Below, one piece after another: positions 62,216 to 64,000 of a stretch of DNA of 64,000 nucleotides (within the stretch, counting starts at the first letter, position 1; each line of letters starts with the position of its first letter). Made by a program: the position numbers and the translations under genes. Location of the stretch: positions 992,001 through 1,056,000 of the forward strand of contig CAWBZV010000003.1 of NCBI GenBank assembly GCA_963793305.1, written 5' to 3'. The DNA is from an uncultured Gemmatimonadales bacterium (GTDB lineage Bacteria > Gemmatimonadota > Gemmatimonadetes > Gemmatimonadales > Gemmatimonadaceae). Under the pieces are notes generated by a model, which saw only the letters and a list, made by a program, of their open reading frames with translations, did not search any database and was not told the DNA's origin.

Positions 62216-63153
62216 AGTTGCCCCCGTCGATCGAGCTGCTCCATGCGCCGACGGCCCTGGAAGAGATGCCGCGACTCCGGGAGGCCATCGGCGGCGGTCC
62301 GCGCCTCTTCGTCAAGCGCGACGACGTCATCCCGTTTGGGTTCGGCGGCAACAAGGTACGTAAGCTCCAGTTCGTGGCCGCCGAAGCCGTCGCGCGCGGC
62401 GCGGACACGCTCGTCACCGTTGGCGGCATTCAGTCGAACCACGCGCGGGCGACCGCGGCGGTCGCGGCTTTGCTAGGCTTGCGCTGTGTGATCATCGCGA
62501 ACGGCACCAAACCTTCGCGTGCGACGGCGAACGCGCTGCTCGACGAGCTGCTCGGCGCCGACGTCGAGTACATCCCGTCTCGCGCCGAGCGCGACGGCGC
62601 ATTGAAGGCCGCATTGGACCGGCTCTCTCGCGAAGGGCGCCGGCCGTATTGGGTTCCACTCGGCGCGTCGACCCCACTCGGTGCGCTCGGCTTTGTCCAA
62701 GCGATCGCCGAGATGGTCGAACAGGGAATGCGACCTGACGCCATCGTGCACGCGGCGTCGTCATCTGGTACGCAGGCTGGGCTCGTCGCCGGGTGTGCGC
62801 TCCATGGGTTGGCGACAGAGGTCATTGGCGTGAGCGCCGACGATCCTGTTGCCGCCCTCTCGGCTCACGTCCGGGATATCGTGGCGGGCGTCGGCCAGTT
62901 ACTCGGCCGCAACGTCGGCGAGCCTCGGTTCACGGTAACCGATGCGTATGTCGGCGACGGCTACGGCATTCCCACGGAGGCCTCGCGTGAGGCGCAGCGC
63001 TTGGCGGCGCGAAGAGAAGCGATCTTCGTCGACAACACGTATACCGCGAAGGCGCTCGCCGCGCTAATCCAGTGGGCGAGAGAGGGCCGGTGGGGGCCGG
63101 AGCAGACGGTCCTCTTCTGGCACACGGGCGGACAGGTAGGCCTCTTTGCGTGA
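62212..63153 (+). CDS. D-cysteine desulfhydrase / ACC deaminase family PLP enzyme
   Basis: VKRDD, GGNKVRK, QSNHAR, SSGTQAG, YTAK, FWHTGG. Confidence 0.92.
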   Translation: MKLPPSIELLHAPTALEEMPRLREAIGGGPRLFVKRDDVIPFGFGGNKVRKLQFVAAEAVARGADTLVTVGGIQSNHARATAAVAALLGLRCVIIANGTKPSRATANALLDELLGADVEYIPSRAERDGALKAALDRLSREGRRPYWVPLGASTPLGALGFVQAIAEMVEQGMRPDAIVHAASSSGTQAGLVAGCALHGLATEVIGVSADDPVAALSAHVRDIVAGVGQLLGRNVGEPRFTVTDAYVGDGYGIPTEASREAQRLAARREAIFVDNTYTAKALAALIQWAREGRWGPEQTVLFWHTGGQVGLFA

Positions 63154-64000
63154 ATCCCTTCCGCGTCGCATTGGCCTCATCGAGGCACTCGCCGTCGTCG
63201 TCGGTACGACGATCGGCTCCGGGATTTTTCGATCCCCGGCGTCGATCGCCAATCGGCTCCCATCGCCAACGGCATTCATCGCGGTGTGGGTCGTGGGCGG
63301 CGTCCTCGCCCTCTGCGGCGCCCTGACGCTGGCCGAGGTCGCGTCGGCCCTACCGCGGACCGGCGGGATCTATGTCATGCTGCAGGAAGGCTGGGGCGAG
63401 CTCGCTGGCTTTCTCTTTGGCTGGTCCGAGCTCGTCATGATCCGTGCGGCGGCCCTCGGCGCCGTCGCGACGACGTTCGCCGAGTATGCCATACGCCTGG
63501 TCGCGCCCGCGCACGGCGATCTGGTCCACATTGTCGCGGCGATCGCCATCGTCATCTTCGCCGCGCTCAATATCATTGGCGTCAAGTGGAGCACGATGCT
63601 CCTCGGCTGGACCACGCTGGCGAAGTACGGCGCCCTGCTGTTTATAGTTGGCGCGGCAGTCTTCGTCGGCTCGACGAGGCCCAGCGCCCCGGCGCCGGTA
63701 AGTGCCGCCGGAGCCGTGACGGCGAGCGCCTTCGGCATCGCGCTTGTCGCCGTGCTCTGGGCCTATGACGGCTGGGCCGACTTGAGCTTCATCGGCGGCG
63801 AGGTCACCACGCCGGAAAAAACGCTGCCGCGCGCGCTCATTGGCGGCACACTGGCCGTGATCGTGATCTACGTCGCCGCGAACTTCGCGTATATCGCCGT
63901 GCTCCCGATCAGCCGCATCCAGACCTCGCCACTCGTCGCGGCCGATGTCGCACAGCAGCTCGTGGGTGGCTGGGGGGCGTCGCTCATCAGCGTCGCCGTC
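63146..64000 (+). CDS. APC family amino acid permease (3' partial)
   Basis: Read manually from TTG at 63146: LPRRIGL...VVGTTIGSGIFRSP, GALTLAEVASALPRTGG.YV, WAYDGW; open to the window end. Confidence 0.92.
   Translation, partial: MRESLPRRIGLIEALAVVVGTTIGSGIFRSPASIANRLPSPTAFIAVWVVGGVLALCGALTLAEVASALPRTGGIYVMLQEGWGELAGFLFGWSELVMIRAAALGAVATTFAEYAIRLVAPAHGDLVHIVAAIAIVIFAALNIIGVKWSTMLLGWTTLAKYGALLFIVGAAVFVGSTRPSAPAPVSAAGAVTASAFGIALVAVLWAYDGWADLSFIGGEVTTPEKTLPRALIGGTLAVIVIYVAANFAYIAVLPISRIQTSPLVAADVAQQLVGGWGASLISVAV

Overview
A gene-dense, GC-rich bacterial chromosomal segment with about 58 protein-coding genes. It has no rRNA, tRNA, CRISPR array, transposase or integrase. Gene content suggests Gemmatimonadota (inference): an ECF sigma/FecR/SusC-like/SusD-like locus and many secreted peptidases and hydrolases. 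Main blocks: DUF2339 and an ABC exporter; a PAS/sigma-54 activator with candidate -24/-12 promoters; Crp regulator followed by an atypical receiver, a double-domain KaiC-like ATPase and a GAF histidine kinase; RidA coupled to an orphan nucleotidyltransferase; a cold-shock gene with a long structured leader; GH15, a Tat-exported class V aminotransferase and an M16 pair; a VPS10/BNR glycosidase; an aldehyde/redox stress cluster; M1, M3 and M20 peptidases; a LytS/LytTR pair. Most notable observations: (1) five of seven apparent frameshifts, plus a possible further case, are repaired by deleting one base from GAACGTC/GACGTTC to restore the palindrome GACGTC, pointing to a DNA-modification-linked sequencing artefact; (2) a multi-stem RNA leader sequesters the SD of a VOC protein carrying an extra N-terminal helical domain; (3) a KaiC-like signalling operon has a D-to-E receiver; (4) several probable pseudoenzymes; (5) pervasive leaderless and bidirectional promoters, with clear palindromic operators. 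All calls come from reading motifs by eye; no searches were run.
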